From NCBI GenBank assembly GCA_035295165.1, contig DATGJN010000117.1, positions 24,114-88,113 of the forward strand: 64,000 nucleotides of DNA, given 5' to 3'. Positions 8,931 to 19,862 of this stretch are shown one piece after another. The position numbers and the translations under genes were made by a program. This DNA is from a bacterium. Lineage in GTDB: Bacteria; Sysuimicrobiota; Sysuimicrobiia; Sysuimicrobiales; Segetimicrobiaceae. Numbering within the stretch: the stretch's first letter is position 1; every line of letters starts with the position of its first letter. The notes below the pieces were generated by a model. The model saw nothing but the letters and a program-made list of their open reading frames with translations, was not told where the DNA came from and ran no database searches.

Positions 8931-10069
8931 ACCTGCCCGATCGACACGCCCGTATAGTAGAACTGAAGGATCTGCTGGAACGTCGATCCCTGGGCCGCCA
9001 TCGCACGAGCGCCCCACTGGTCGAGCCCCACGCCGTGCCCGGACCCGCGCCCGTTGAAGACGGCGTCCGCGCCGCGTCGCGACGCCGTGAACATCGTGCT
9101 CTTGACGACGCCGGCGCCGACCAACAGCCGGAAGCGGTTGGCCGAGATCTCCTGAGCCGTCCCGCCGTCGCCGAGCACGCGGACCGTGATCGCTCGTCCC
9201 CACGGCGTCACCCGCCCCGGCTCCACCCCGTCGAGCGATGACACCGGGACGCCGCCGCGCGTGAGCGAGGCGGCGAGCGTGCCGAGCGGCACCGCCGCGG
9301 TCCAAGACACCCCCGGCGCGCTCATCGCGTAGGGATCGGCCACGCCCCGGAGGTAGGGGTACGCGGTGCCCCAGACGTTTTCACTGTCCTCGGTGTGCCC
9401 TCCGGAGTTGGAGTGGTAGGCGGCAAAGATCGGCCGCCCGTCGTAGGTCACCAGCAACCCGCGCGTCGCGTCCACCGCCTCGATTGCGGCCGGATCCTCC
9501 CCCGCCACGCCGAGGTAGACTTGCGCATCGGTGGTGGCCGCGAGATCGTACCCGGTGACCGCCGCGTGGGCCTCCTCGATGCGTTCGACGGCGAGCGTCC
9601 GCGCCGCGACGGCCTGCGCCTTCACCGCCTCGGACGGCCAGTGCGGGTCGATCTCGCCCTTAATGACGCCGTACAGGTACTGCTCGAGCGGCAGCTCGTC
9701 GATCGCGGTGACGCGGCCGGCGGGTGTCCGGTGCACTTCGATCGTGCCCCGATACAACCGACCCTCGACCCGCATCGTGCCGCTTTGCGCCGAGAGACGC
9801 ACGACCGCACCGAACACGGTACCAGCCATGCCGAGCCCCTCTGCGGTCGCCTGCACGGTCCACGGGGCGCCGGGCAGCGTGGCAACGGCCCCCGTGTCCG
9901 GTTGCACGGCCTGCACGGGCCCGTCGGCCGCGAGGTGTAGCGCGGGGCGATCGACCTGGATGCCCACGCGCACGATCAGCGGCTCGGTGGCGCCGGCAGG
10001 CGCGGGGGCGCTCGGCCACGCTCCCGCAAGCGCCGCCACCGCCGCGACCAGCAGCACGGGGCGGATCAT
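8924..10069 (-). CDS. SpoIID/LytB-domain protein (secreted lytic transglycosylase/amidase-enhancer family)
   Basis: Signal peptide MIRPVLLVAAVAALAGA. Conserved SpoIID regions (YLYGVIKGEI, FAAYHSNSGGHTEDSENVWG, GRGSGHGVGLDQWGA). Confidence 0.8.
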   Translation of the reverse strand: MIRPVLLVAAVAALAGAWPSAPAPAGATEPLIVRVGIQVDRPALHLAADGPVQAVQPDTGAVATLPGAPWTVQATAEGLGMAGTVFGAVVRLSAQSGTMRVEGRLYRGTIEVHRTPAGRVTAIDELPLEQYLYGVIKGEIDPHWPSEAVKAQAVAARTLAVERIEEAHAAVTGYDLAATTDAQVYLGVAGEDPAAIEAVDATRGLLVTYDGRPIFAAYHSNSGGHTEDSENVWGTAYPYLRGVADPYAMSAPGVSWTAAVPLGTLAASLTRGGVPVSSLDGVEPGRVTPWGRAITVRVLGDGGTAQEISANRFRLLVGAGVVKSTMFTASRRGADAVFNGRGSGHGVGLDQWGARAMAAQGSTFQQILQFYYTGVSIGQVY

Positions 10070-10275
10070 CGCCGCGCGAAGAACAGGTTCAGCAGAATCG
10101 TGAGCACGATGCTCAACAGCAAGCTCCCGACCACCGGCACGTACAACGAGAAGCCCCGGCGCTGCACGTAGATGTCCCCCGGCAGCCTCGGCAGCCCGCC
10201 CAGCACGAGGACGAGTCCGCCCAGAATGATCAGCAGCACGCCCATGGTAATCAGGAATCGGCCGATCTGCGGCAT
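10066..10275 (-). CDS. DUF2905-family small membrane protein
   Basis: 69 aa, two TM segments, C-terminal GDIYVQRRGFSLYVPVV...FARR typical of DUF2905. Confidence 0.65.
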   Translation of the reverse strand: MPQIGRFLITMGVLLIILGGLVLVLGGLPRLPGDIYVQRRGFSLYVPVVGSLLLSIVLTILLNLFFARR

Positions 10276-10277
10276 GG

Positions 10278-11357
10278 CTACGAGAACAGCGTCCCCTGCC
10301 CGCGCCCGCCCCGATCCGGCACGGCCAGACCCAGGTGGTCGCAGGCCTGGGCGGTCACACGACGCCCGGATTGGGTGCGGGTCAGGAACCCGATCTTCAA
10401 CAGGAACGGCTCGACCATCTCGACGAGGCTGTCCACCTCCTCGTTGAGCGTCGCGGCGAGCGCCTCGACCCCGACCGGCCCGCCGCCGTACACCTCGATC
10501 ACCGTGCGCAGCAGCTCCCGATCCTGCACGTCGAGCCCGAGCGGATCCACGCCCTCGAACTCGAGGCCATCGCGCGCGACCTCCACCGTGATCGCGCCGT
10601 CCGCGCGAACCTGCGCGAAGTCACGCACGCGGCGCAGCAGCCGGTTCGCGATCCGCGGGGTGCCCCGGGCGCGTCGCGCGATCTCCGCGGCGCCGTCGTC
10701 CGTGATCGACACCCCGAGGATCGAAGCCGAGCGCCGCACGACCAGCGTCAGCTCGTCGACGGGGTAGAAGTCGAGATGCTGCGTGATCCCGAACCGCTCC
10801 CTGAGCGGGGACGACAGCAGGCCGGCCCGGGTCGTGGCCCCGACGAGCGTGAACGGCCGCAGCGTGTACCGCAGCGTCCGCGCGTGCGCGCCCTTCTCGA
10901 TGACGAAGTTGACGCAGAAGTCCTCCATCGCCGGGTAGAGGAACTCCTCCACCGTGCGCGGCAGGCGGTGGATCTCATCGATGAAGAGCACGTCGCCCTT
11001 GCTGAGGTTGGTGAGGATCCCCATCAGATCCCCGCCGCGCTCGAGGGCCGGCCCCGACGTGGTCACGATGCTCGTCCCCATCTCGGCGGCGACCACGTTT
11101 GCGAACGTCGTCTTGCCGAGCCCCGGCGGCCCGTGCAGGAGCACGTGATCGAGCGCCTCGCCGCGCTCGCGCGCGGCCTGCAGGCTGATCTTGAGCGCGC
11201 TGGTGACGCGGGTCTGCCCGATACACTCGTCGAGTCGCTTCGGACGCAGGCTGCGGATGAGCTGCTCGTCCTCGACCCCGCTGGGCGCGGGCCCCGCCGC
11301 GGGCGCGGGCCCCGGCCGCGGGTCGGACATGCCGCCGACGAGCCGCTCGCGGGTCAC
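10278..11357 (-). CDS. ruvB: Holliday junction branch-migration helicase RuvB
   Basis: Walker [10 protein letters not shown], a sensor region and a C-terminal winged helix. 4-nt overlap with ruvA. Confidence 0.95.
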   Translation of the reverse strand: MTRERLVGGMSDPRPGPAPAAGPAPSGVEDEQLIRSLRPKRLDECIGQTRVTSALKISLQAARERGEALDHVLLHGPPGLGKTTFANVVAAEMGTSIVTTSGPALERGGDLMGILTNLSKGDVLFIDEIHRLPRTVEEFLYPAMEDFCVNFVIEKGAHARTLRYTLRPFTLVGATTRAGLLSSPLRERFGITQHLDFYPVDELTLVVRRSASILGVSITDDGAAEIARRARGTPRIANRLLRRVRDFAQVRADGAITVEVARDGLEFEGVDPLGLDVQDRELLRTVIEVYGGGPVGVEALAATLNEEVDSLVEMVEPFLLKIGFLTRTQSGRRVTAQACDHLGLAVPDRGGRGQGTLFS

Positions 11358-11989
11358 GCGGGCGCTCCCCGCTCGGCGCGGTACACTTCCTGGAACAGAT
11401 CTTCTGCGGACGCGATCGCGGGGTTCCGCCGGAAGGCGTCCTCCACCATCCGCCGGGCCTCCGCGCCGCGGTGCCCCAACTGTCCGGTCAGCACCTCGAT
11501 CACCTCCGCGCGGAAGTCCTCCGCCGCGACCTCCGGCGGTACCGGTGTCTCGGACCGGAGCAGCGCGTACTTGCCCATCTTGCCGTGGAGGGAGGCCACG
11601 ATCTTCTCCGCGGTGCGCGCGCCGATCCCCGGCAGCCGGCGCAGAAACGCCACGTCTTTGCGCTCGATCGCGTCCGCGACCTGCTCGACCGGGTGCACGA
11701 TCGCTTTCATCGCCTTCGTCGGCCCCAACCCGTCGACGGTGATGAACCGCTCAAAGAACTCCTGCTCGATCTCTCGAAGAAACCCAACGAGCAGCGGCCT
11801 GGGCTGGTTCGTCGACACATGATAGGAGATGTGCAGTTCAAGTTCGGCTTCGCGGATCCGGCCCGGCTCCCCCCGCAGGAGGTCCCGGAGAAACCCCGGC
11901 AGCCGCACCTCGTACCCGACGCCGCCACACTCGATCACCAGCATGTCGTCGGCGTGGCGGATGACGCGCCCGCGCAAAAACGCGATCAC
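11354..11989 (-). CDS. ruvA: Holliday junction DNA-binding protein RuvA
   Basis: MIAFLRGRV... with tandem HhH motifs ([13 protein letters not shown]). Confidence 0.9.
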   Translation of the reverse strand: MIAFLRGRVIRHADDMLVIECGGVGYEVRLPGFLRDLLRGEPGRIREAELELHISYHVSTNQPRPLLVGFLREIEQEFFERFITVDGLGPTKAMKAIVHPVEQVADAIERKDVAFLRRLPGIGARTAEKIVASLHGKMGKYALLRSETPVPPEVAAEDFRAEVIEVLTGQLGHRGAEARRMVEDAFRRNPAIASAEDLFQEVYRAERGAPA

Positions 11990-12495
11990 GCCGGCGCCCG
12001 GGCGCCGGCGCCGATCTGCAGCGCGGCCCCCCGCCGGGAGGCTGCAACGAGGGCGAGTGCCAGCGCGTCCGCCGCGTGCGAACCCGGCTCCTCAGCGAGG
12101 TTCAACAAGATGCGCACCATCCGCTGGATCTGGCGCTTGTCGGCCTGACCGGACGCGACCATGGCCCGCTTCACCGCGGCCGGCGCGATCGTGTCCACCG
12201 GCACCCGGGCCTGGGCCGCCGCGAGCCCGATCACCCCGCAGACATGCCCCATGATGATGGCCGTTCTGGGAAAGCCGGGATGGGCAAAGACATCCTCAAG
12301 GGCGATCGCGGCCGGCCGGCCGGCCGCGAGAATCTCGTGTACGCCCACGTGCAACTCGTGAAGTCGGATCGGGAGCGTGGCGCGAAGGCTGGTGCGGATC
12401 ACGCCGGCCTCCACGAACGCGACCCTGGCCCCCGTCACTTCGACGAGACCATACCCGGTCAACCGCAGTCCCGGGTCGATCCCAAGAATCCGCAT
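11986..12495 (-). CDS. ruvC: crossover junction endodeoxyribonuclease RuvC
   Basis: MRILGIDPGLRLTGYG... RNase H-like fold with catalytic acidic residues. Start chosen at M3 of the ORF. Confidence 0.9.
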   Translation of the reverse strand: MRILGIDPGLRLTGYGLVEVTGARVAFVEAGVIRTSLRATLPIRLHELHVGVHEILAAGRPAAIALEDVFAHPGFPRTAIIMGHVCGVIGLAAAQARVPVDTIAPAAVKRAMVASGQADKRQIQRMVRILLNLAEEPGSHAADALALALVAASRRGAALQIGAGARAPA

Positions 12496-12602
12496 GAACA
12501 CTGCTCCGACTCGGCATGGGCCGCTGCTGCGTCTCGATCAACAACGAACCAATGTTCGCCATTGGCCCCAACTCTCCTCCGCCCGGAGGCGGGCCGTCGA
12601 GG

Positions 12603-13064
12603 CTAGCGAGCCAGGAACAGGGGTTTCACGCCCTGCATCCGGAGGTAAATCGACAGCTGACCGTTGTGGTAGAACATGTGCGTGACCCCGCCCTGGACGA
12701 CGATCCCCTGCGGCATCTCCATCCCCCACGGCGTGCGGACGACGCGGTTGGCCTCTTCGTCCGTGAGACGGGCCACCCCAGCCAGAAACCGCTGCCCGGC
12801 TTCGCGCATCGCGGCAAGAACCTGCGATTTCGACATCGGCGCGTCCATCGGATACGGGATGGCGCGCTCCCACACGTCCTTGCCGATGTTCTGGCCGAAG
12901 GTCGTGGTGGCGTTCGCCATGTGGACGGCAATCGCCCGAAACGAACGCGTGTCCAGCCCGGCCGGCGTGAACTCCATCCCGGCCTCGGGCATCGCCTCGA
13001 CGTTCTTCTGGACGGTGTTCCAGATCAACTGAAACCCCGCCTGCACACCCTCACGAACCCCCAT
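12603..13064 (-). CDS. DinB/YfiT-family (DinB_2) metal-dependent protein
   Basis: HxxYHxGQ hallmark (HMFYHNGQLSIYL) plus an upstream His-containing helix. Appears co-transcribed immediately after yebC. Confidence 0.55.
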   Translation of the reverse strand: MGVREGVQAGFQLIWNTVQKNVEAMPEAGMEFTPAGLDTRSFRAIAVHMANATTTFGQNIGKDVWERAIPYPMDAPMSKSQVLAAMREAGQRFLAGVARLTDEEANRVVRTPWGMEMPQGIVVQGGVTHMFYHNGQLSIYLRMQGVKPLFLAR

Positions 13065-13078
13065 ACGCGCCTCCCAGA

Positions 13079-13819
13079 TTAGCCAACCTGTTGCAGAATC
13101 TCGTCGGGAATGTCGAAGTTCGCGTACACATGCTGCACGTCATCGTGGTCCTCGAGCGCCTCCATGAGGCGCAACACTTGTTGTGCCTCCTTGCCCGAGA
13201 GCGGGACGGTCGATTTCGGCATCATGGTGACCTCGGCCGAGTTCAACTTGTATCCGGCCTCTTCGAGCGCCTTCCGCACGGCGGCGAAATCCTCGGGCGC
13301 CGTCGTAATCTCGTACTCGTCCTCGCCGGTCTTCACGTCCTCCGCACCGGCGTCCACCGCCCGTCCCAGGATCTCGTCCTCTGAGGCCGCCGAACGCGGA
13401 ACCGTGATCACGCCCTTCTTGTCGAACATCCACGCCACCGAGGCCCCCATCGAGCCGCCGGCTTTGGTCAGGATGTTCCGGATCTCCGACGCGGTCCGGT
13501 TCCGGTTATCGGTCTGCACCTCGACCAGCACGGCGACGCTCGCGGGCCCCATGCCCTCGTAGGTGACCTCCTCGTAGTTCGCGCCCTCGGCACCGCCGGT
13601 GCCTCGGGCGATCGCGCGCTGGATATTGTCGTTCGGCATGCTCGCCTCGCGGGCGCGGTCGATCGCCGCGCGGAGGCGCATGTTGCCGCCGGGGTCGCCG
13701 CCGCCGTCTTTCGCGGCGATGATGATCTCGCGCGCCAGCTTGCTGAACAACTTGCCCCGCTGCTGGTCCACTTTGGACTTCTTGATCTTGATATTGTGCC
13801 ACTTGGAATGTCCGGACAC
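13079..13819 (-). CDS. yebC: YebC/PmpR-family DNA-binding transcriptional regulator
   Basis: MSGHSKWHNIKIKKSKVDQQRGKLFSKLAREI... canonical YebC. Confidence 0.92.
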   Translation of the reverse strand: MSGHSKWHNIKIKKSKVDQQRGKLFSKLAREIIIAAKDGGGDPGGNMRLRAAIDRAREASMPNDNIQRAIARGTGGAEGANYEEVTYEGMGPASVAVLVEVQTDNRNRTASEIRNILTKAGGSMGASVAWMFDKKGVITVPRSAASEDEILGRAVDAGAEDVKTGEDEYEITTAPEDFAAVRKALEEAGYKLNSAEVTMMPKSTVPLSGKEAQQVLRLMEALEDHDDVQHVYANFDIPDEILQQVG

Positions 13820-13963
13820 GTCGAACCCCCTCTCCCCGCGACCGAGCGGACCCCACGTCCGCCGCGCGGAGCGTACCTTTTACTATAAGCCGGAGGCCCT
13901 CAGGCGCGCAAGCGCGCGGCCGGGATCCGGACGGGCGCAGGGCGGCCGGCCGCTTCGCGCGGA

Positions 13964-16486
13964 CTACCGCACCTGCACGTGCACCGTCGCAGACCCGCTC
14001 TGAGATCCGGTGGACGCGGTCACGGTCACCACGTACGTCGCCCCTGCGGGCCGGAACCACGGCGTCACCATGTACGCGAACCCGCCGCTGTCGTCGGCGC
14101 GCACGTAGACGTCCACCACCTGCGTCCGTAGCAACGCGGTCTGACTCTCCACGGTGATGTGCACCGTCGCGTTCGGCCGTGTCGCGCCCTGGACGAGAAA
14201 CGGGACGTCGACCTGACTCCCTTCTCGCGGGTTGCCCACCGCGACCGGCACCGTCCCCGCGAGCGTAGGTTCGCCTGGCGGCGTTGCCGGTGCAGAGGCG
14301 GGCTGACCGGCCGGCGGCGGTCCCGAGCCCGGCTGGCCAGGGGTCGCTTCCGGCGAGGGCGAGCTCGAGCGCGGAGCCGGTTGTCCGCCCACATCCTGTG
14401 ACGTGCTGGCCGGCACCGGCTGCCCGGTCACGGCCGTGCCGCCGCCGGACGTCCCGCTCGGGGCCGTGGACGCGTCCGGTTCCGTGCCGCGGATGAACAC
14501 CTCCGGCCGCGGATCCGGGCACCCGGGCGCTGCGAGGAGCCCCGACGTGCCGCACACCGTCTCCTGGACCACGCCGTCCGGTGCCGTCCAGTCGTCGTGC
14601 GGCATTTTCGCGGTCACCTGCTTCATCAGGACCGCCCAGATACCCGCCGGGACGCTGCCCCCGGTCACCTTGTTCATCGGCGAGTTGTCGTCGTTCCCCA
14701 CCCACACGCCGGTGACAAGGTACGGCGTGTATCCAATGTACCAGGCGTCCCGATAGTCATCGGTGGTGCCGGTCTTTCCTGCCTGCGGGATTCCGATGTT
14801 CGCCGCGACGCCGGTGCCCCGGAGGACGTTGCCCTTCAGCATGTCCGTCATCACGTACGCGACCTCAGGGCTGAGCACGACCGTGCGCTGCGGCGTGTGC
14901 TCCTCCAGCACCTTACCCCCCCAGTCCGTCACCTTGGTGACCGCCATCGGATCCGCGCGGACACCGTTGTCCGCGAAGACGCCGTACGCCGTCACCAGCT
15001 CCAACGGAGTCACGTCGGACGCACCGAGCGTCAACGCGAGGGTCGGCGACAGCGCGCTCTGGATGCCCATTCGGTGCGCGAGATCCACGATCGAGGACGG
15101 CCCCAGTTGCTGCTCGAGCCGGATCGTGGCGGCGTTGATGGAGTTCTCGAGCGCGTACCGCGCGGTGATCCACCCGTGCCAGGTGTGGTCGAAATCCTGC
15201 GGCTTCCAGACCTTCCCGTCCGGCAACTGGAACTCGAGCGGCGCGTCGAGCAGCAGGCGCGTCGGCGGGATGCCGCGCATCACCGCGACGGTGTAGGTGA
15301 ACGGCTTGAACGCCGAGCCAGGCTGGCGGTGGGCCTGCCACGCCCGGTCGAACTGGCTCGTGCGAAAGTCATAGCCGCCGACCATCGCGCGGATCGCGCC
15401 GGTGCGCGGGTCCATCACCACGACCGCGCCCTGGTGCACATTCAGGTGCTGCGCCAGCGCGGCGTCGATGCCCTGACGGAGCGCTGCGGTGGCCTGCGCC
15501 TGGATCGTGAGGTCGAGCGTCGTGAAGATGCGCAGCCCGCCCTTGTACAGCGTGTCCTCACCGTAGCGCTGAAGCAGTCCCGGTAGGATGTACGCGACGA
15601 AGTACGGGGCGCGGATGCCGATCAGCCCGCCGTTGCCCTTCGCCGCCAACCCAAGCGGCGCGGCCAGCGCGGCGCGCATCTGCGCCGGGGTCAGATCGCC
15701 CACGTCGACCATGCGCTGCAGCACCTCCGCCATGCGCTGGTGCGCGCGGGCGGGATGTTCGTACGGCGAGTACGACGATGGCGCGCGGATCAAGCCGGCG
15801 AGCATCGCGGATTGCGCGAGCGTCAGGGTCCTCGCCGACTCGCCGAAGTACACGCCCGCGGCCGTCTCGACGCCGTAGGCGCCTTCGCCGAGATAGACCT
15901 GGTTCAAGTACCGCTGGAGGATCTCGTCCTTGGTCAGCCGACGCTCGATCTGCACGGCCAGCAGCATCTCGGCGATCTTGCGGGTCAGCGACTTCTGGGG
16001 CGTGAGGAACAGATTCCGCGCCAGCTGCTGCGTGATCGTGCTGCCGCCCTCGGCGTAGCCGCCCTCCAAGGCGTTCCGCACGCCGGCTCGCAGGATCCCG
16101 CGGATGGAGATCCCGCGGTTGTGATAGAAGTCGGCGTCCTCGGTGTCCACAACAGCCCGCTGGAGCGTCCGGGGTACGCTGGACAGAGGAATACTGTCGC
16201 GGTTCTCCTGGTAGAGACTGGCGATCAACTCGCCATCGGCGGCGTAGATGCGGGTCGCCTCGTTCGGGGCCGCGTAGAGGGCGTCCACCGGAGGCAGGTG
16301 AGAGCTGATCGCGACGGCCGCCCCGGCCAGGACACCGATCACCAGCAGCGCGAGGACGCCGCCGCCCACGGCGGCGAGGAGGAACGCCCGGCCCAGCATC
16401 CGCCAGGTCGCGGGGGACATCCCCCCCGCCCGCTGCCGAGGGCCGGAGGTGGCCCGGGACCCAGTGGGACGTCGTGGTTTCGTCAT
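13964..16486 (-). CDS. class A penicillin-binding protein 1A (transglycosylase + transpeptidase) with a Pro/Gly-rich linker and a C-terminal beta-rich domain
   Basis: GT51 motifs (EDADFYHNRGIS, GGSTITQQLARN) and a transpeptidase SxxK/SxN/KTG series (KTGTTDD). Confidence 0.85.
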   Translation of the reverse strand: MTKPRRPTGSRATSGPRQRAGGMSPATWRMLGRAFLLAAVGGGVLALLVIGVLAGAAVAISSHLPPVDALYAAPNEATRIYAADGELIASLYQENRDSIPLSSVPRTLQRAVVDTEDADFYHNRGISIRGILRAGVRNALEGGYAEGGSTITQQLARNLFLTPQKSLTRKIAEMLLAVQIERRLTKDEILQRYLNQVYLGEGAYGVETAAGVYFGESARTLTLAQSAMLAGLIRAPSSYSPYEHPARAHQRMAEVLQRMVDVGDLTPAQMRAALAAPLGLAAKGNGGLIGIRAPYFVAYILPGLLQRYGEDTLYKGGLRIFTTLDLTIQAQATAALRQGIDAALAQHLNVHQGAVVVMDPRTGAIRAMVGGYDFRTSQFDRAWQAHRQPGSAFKPFTYTVAVMRGIPPTRLLLDAPLEFQLPDGKVWKPQDFDHTWHGWITARYALENSINAATIRLEQQLGPSSIVDLAHRMGIQSALSPTLALTLGASDVTPLELVTAYGVFADNGVRADPMAVTKVTDWGGKVLEEHTPQRTVVLSPEVAYVMTDMLKGNVLRGTGVAANIGIPQAGKTGTTDDYRDAWYIGYTPYLVTGVWVGNDDNSPMNKVTGGSVPAGIWAVLMKQVTAKMPHDDWTAPDGVVQETVCGTSGLLAAPGCPDPRPEVFIRGTEPDASTAPSGTSGGGTAVTGQPVPASTSQDVGGQPAPRSSSPSPEATPGQPGSGPPPAGQPASAPATPPGEPTLAGTVPVAVGNPREGSQVDVPFLVQGATRPNATVHITVESQTALLRTQVVDVYVRADDSGGFAYMVTPWFRPAGATYVVTVTASTGSQSGSATVHVQVR

Positions 16487-16634
16487 CTGCGGCCTCTCTC
16501 TGCTACAGCGCGACCGGCTGCGATCCTGGGAGCGACGGCTCGGGCATCCCCGCCCGGCGAACCGCCTGAGAGCGGATCATGCCAGATCCAAGTATACCCT
16601 GCTCGGCTCCGCAGCAGCAAGGCGCACCGCGCAT

Positions 16635-17288
16635 CTAGGAGCCGGGCCCCGGGCGCCTCGCCCGGAGGATGACACGGTCCCGAACACGATAAGCGCACTC
16701 GACGGCCTCGAAGTCGCCGGCGGAGAGTTCGCCGCAGAGCTCGCCCATCGACAGACGCCGGACCGGGTCGGTCAACGCGCCCTGCGCCCATGCCGCCGCC
16801 AGTGTTTCGAGGTCGTAGAGCCACGCGCCTGGCGCCAACATCGTCGCGAGCTCCCGCACCGCCGCTCTGAGCCACGCGAGCCCCGCGGCCAGTGTGCCTC
16901 CTCGGAGCTCCATGACCGGCATGAGCACGCTGCCGACCGTGACGATCGTCGCCTCGCCGCGGGGCAGGGTGCGGTCGTCACCGAGCGCACCCGGGAGGGC
17001 GCGAATGTGTGCAGCGGGAAGCAGGTCGGCCACTCTGGCCCGCGCCCGTTCGAGCTTGGACACGTTCGGTTCGATCAGGGTCACCCGGCCGAGCCGGGGA
17101 TAGCCGCGTGCGATCAGGCAGGCGAGCTTGCCCGTGCCGGTCCCGACGTCGATCAGATGGTCGTCCCGGTCCAGCGGCGGAAGGGCGAGCACGAACTCCC
17201 GATAGTGCTCGGGCTCGCGCTCCGGCCCCGCCGTCCACGTCGTGTCGTGGAGGTCGTACCAGTCGGGGTGGTCCCAGGGGGCCTGCAC
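16635..17288 (-). CDS. class I SAM-dependent methyltransferase
   Basis: Motif I IDVGTGTGKLA. No specific substrate is inferable. Confidence 0.65.
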   Translation of the reverse strand: MQAPWDHPDWYDLHDTTWTAGPEREPEHYREFVLALPPLDRDDHLIDVGTGTGKLACLIARGYPRLGRVTLIEPNVSKLERARARVADLLPAAHIRALPGALGDDRTLPRGEATIVTVGSVLMPVMELRGGTLAAGLAWLRAAVRELATMLAPGAWLYDLETLAAAWAQGALTDPVRRLSMGELCGELSAGDFEAVECAYRVRDRVILRARRPGPGS

Positions 17289-17318
17289 CGGGCGGTCGAG
17301 GAGAGGGAAGATCGAGCG

Positions 17319-17828
17319 CTACGGCCTCAAGACCCGGTCGATCGCATAGACGATGCCGTTCGCACAGGTCGTGCCGGAGTTCAGCACCTTCGCCACGCCG
17401 TCGAGCACGATCGTGCCGTTCTGCACGGTCACGGGCAGCATCTTGCCGAGCAGGGTCTGGAGCGACTGCACGCGCCCAAGTTGCGTCGCGGAGATGGCGG
17501 CGCCGCTGACGATATGGTACTTGAGAAGGTTGGTGAGCAGGCCCTTGTGATTCATCGCGTAGTTGACCTGCCAGGCAGGGATGCGGTCGAACGCCTGCTC
17601 GTCGGGGGCGAACATCGTAAACGCGCCGGGTTGGGTCAGCGCATCCGTAAACCCGGCGGCCTGCACCGCCCGCACGGTCCGCGTGAAGTTGTAGGTGCTC
17701 GAGCCGCTCAGCGCCTCCATCACGCTCGCGCACTCCTGGGCCTGCCCGCGCGGCATTGGCGAGGTCGGCACGAGCACCAGACCCGCAACCAGGAGCGCTG
17801 AGGCGATCGTGCGTCGACCCCTACGCAT
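17319..17828 (-). CDS. secreted fasciclin (FAS1)-domain protein
   Basis: Signal peptide MRRGRRTIASALLVAGLVLV. FAS1 motifs (TMFAPDEQAF, LLKYHIVSG, IVYAIDRVL). ATG at 17828 with AAGGAGAGG upstream; the ORF track's 5' extension is judged spurious. Confidence 0.75.
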   Translation of the reverse strand: MRRGRRTIASALLVAGLVLVPTSPMPRGQAQECASVMEALSGSSTYNFTRTVRAVQAAGFTDALTQPGAFTMFAPDEQAFDRIPAWQVNYAMNHKGLLTNLLKYHIVSGAAISATQLGRVQSLQTLLGKMLPVTVQNGTIVLDGVAKVLNSGTTCANGIVYAIDRVLRP

Positions 17829-17920
17829 GCCCTCTCCTTGTCGGGGACCCCTCCCCTGGGCGAGCGACGATCGGTGCGCCAGTGTTCTGTTCGGGGCGCG
17901 GGGCTCCCTGTCGCACGGGG

Positions 17921-18787
17921 CTACGCCCCTTCGAGCATCGCGGCCGTGAGGCCACGCGTATAGGTGCCAGCCAGCAGCGCGGCGATCAGCACCACGGGCA
18001 GGCTGCCGGCGGTCACGCCCGCCACGACGGTCAAGTCTTCCAGGCTCACGTCCATCGTGGACATGCCCGCGGCGATCGTCTGGTGCCACTGGTTCGGCAG
18101 GAACACCCCGGCGAACATGAAGTCGTTGCTCATCACGCCGAGCGCGAACAGCCCCGCCGCCACGAGCACCGGCCATGTCATCGGCAGGACGATCCGAAGA
18201 AACGCCGTCAGCCGGCCAGCGCCCTCGATGTACGCGGACTCCTCGATCTCAGGCGCGAGCCGCTGGAAGCACGCTGAGAGGAGCCACACGCAGAACGGGA
18301 TCGCCAGCATCGGATACGTCAGCACGAGGGAAAGCAGGTTGTCGTCGAGGTGAACTCGGAACACGACTTGGTACAGCGGCAGGAACAGCAGCGTCTGCGG
18401 CACGAGGAACATCGCCAGCAGCGCGCGCCGCCACCACCGCCACCCCGGGGGCCGGAGGCGTGCGAGACCGTACGCGGCCGCCACGCTGGTGGCCAGGATC
18501 AGCACGAGGGCGGTCCCGAACACGAGCGCCGTGTTGCCGGCCCACAGCACGAACGGCACCGTGCGCCGGGTCACGCCTCCGGCGACAAACCACTCCTCGT
18601 CGTCGAACAGCCCCCGGTACCAGTCGAGGGTCGGGTGCGCCACGTACAGCGGGCTGCCGAACACATCTTCCTCTTCCGGCTTCACAGACTCGATCGTGAC
18701 CATGTAAATCGGGAAAATGCTGTACGCCACGAGCAGCAGCAACAGCGCGCCCTGGACGACCCGATTGAACTGGCGCCGCGCCGTCAT
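17921..18787 (-). CDS. carbohydrate ABC transporter permease (MalG/UgpE type), second pair
   Basis: 288 aa, EAA loop region IEESAYIEGAGRLTAFLRIVLP. ATG at 18787 overlaps the upstream stop (ATGA). Confidence 0.85.
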   Translation of the reverse strand: MTARRQFNRVVQGALLLLLVAYSIFPIYMVTIESVKPEEEDVFGSPLYVAHPTLDWYRGLFDDEEWFVAGGVTRRTVPFVLWAGNTALVFGTALVLILATSVAAAYGLARLRPPGWRWWRRALLAMFLVPQTLLFLPLYQVVFRVHLDDNLLSLVLTYPMLAIPFCVWLLSACFQRLAPEIEESAYIEGAGRLTAFLRIVLPMTWPVLVAAGLFALGVMSNDFMFAGVFLPNQWHQTIAAGMSTMDVSLEDLTVVAGVTAGSLPVVLIAALLAGTYTRGLTAAMLEGA

Positions 18788-19662
18788 GACGGATCCTCTT
18801 CCAGCGGCTCGAACAGACGGAAGCACAGCAGCAACACCGCGAGCAGGACAGGCAGCACCGCGAGGGTTTCCGCGGACGCGAGCGCCCACCGCCCGCCGTT
18901 GAGGGCGAGGTGCATCGCCTGCGTCCAGACGATCGGGTAGACTTCGCGCAGGCCGGACTGCATCCAGATGTTGCTGAGATCGGCCACCGCGCTCGTCAGC
19001 GACAGGAACGCCGCCAGCGCGAGGAAGGGGCGCATGATGGGCACTGTCACCCGCCAGAACATCTGCCACGCATTCCGAGCCTCGAGCGCAGCGTACTCGA
19101 ACAACTGGTCCGGAATCCCGTTGCGAGCGGCCAGAAGAAAGATGCCGACAAAGGAGCCGCCCCGCCAGACGTTGAGAAGAATCACGCTCAGGAACCCCCA
19201 CGTCCCTACGCCGAGGGCGTCGTCCACGGCGAAGTGCAGGCGTGCCATGAACTCCCCGTAGGAGGCGTGGACGGGTGGCATCAGGAACCAGAACCACCCC
19301 ATCTCCGCCGGGCCCGCCGGGTAGGCCCACGGGAGGAACGCGGCGACGAACGCCAACGCCCGGCCGGGGAAGGGCCGCGCGAGCAGCACCGCGATCCCGA
19401 TGCCGACGGCGAGCTTCAGCACGGTCGTGATCGCGATGTAGCCAACCGTGTTGACCGCGGCGCGCCAGAAATCCGCGTCGCGAAGCAACGCCGCGTAGTT
19501 CGCCACCCCGACGAACCTGACGACGGTGTTCCCGGCGAACCAATCCGTGAGGCTGGTCCAGACCTGCCAGCCGAGCGGGTAGACGAGGACCCCGAACACC
19601 AGCACCAGGGCCGGCGCGAGCAGCAGGTATGCCAAACCGATTTCGCGGCGCCGCCGGGACAT
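18784..19662 (-). CDS. carbohydrate ABC transporter permease (MalF/UgpA type), second pair
   Basis: MSRRRREIGLAYLLLAPALVLVF...; EAA-type loop FEYAALEARNAWQMFWRVTVP. Confidence 0.8.
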   Translation of the reverse strand: MSRRRREIGLAYLLLAPALVLVFGVLVYPLGWQVWTSLTDWFAGNTVVRFVGVANYAALLRDADFWRAAVNTVGYIAITTVLKLAVGIGIAVLLARPFPGRALAFVAAFLPWAYPAGPAEMGWFWFLMPPVHASYGEFMARLHFAVDDALGVGTWGFLSVILLNVWRGGSFVGIFLLAARNGIPDQLFEYAALEARNAWQMFWRVTVPIMRPFLALAAFLSLTSAVADLSNIWMQSGLREVYPIVWTQAMHLALNGGRWALASAETLAVLPVLLAVLLLCFRLFEPLEEDPS

Positions 19663-19862
19663 CGTCGGACCGCGGTGGGACCGGGCCGCGACCCCGGGGG
19701 TCGACGCGCCGAGCATGACCTGCGCCATTGGTGGCTACGCCGAGATTCCCGCCCGGTCGCGGGTCGTCATGACGCGTCGGTGTTGGATGCGGAGCGCTCG
19801 GGCTGTCGCGAGAGCGCACGAATCAACCGGGACGCCAAGCGCAGCACCCGAGCCGGGCCCAC

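Noticed and set aside
17921-19819. 632-aa ORF covering two permease genes.
   Set aside because: The true MalG-type permease is the last 288 aa, with an ATG at 18787 in an ATGA overlap. The upstream part is an out-of-frame read-through of the preceding permease.
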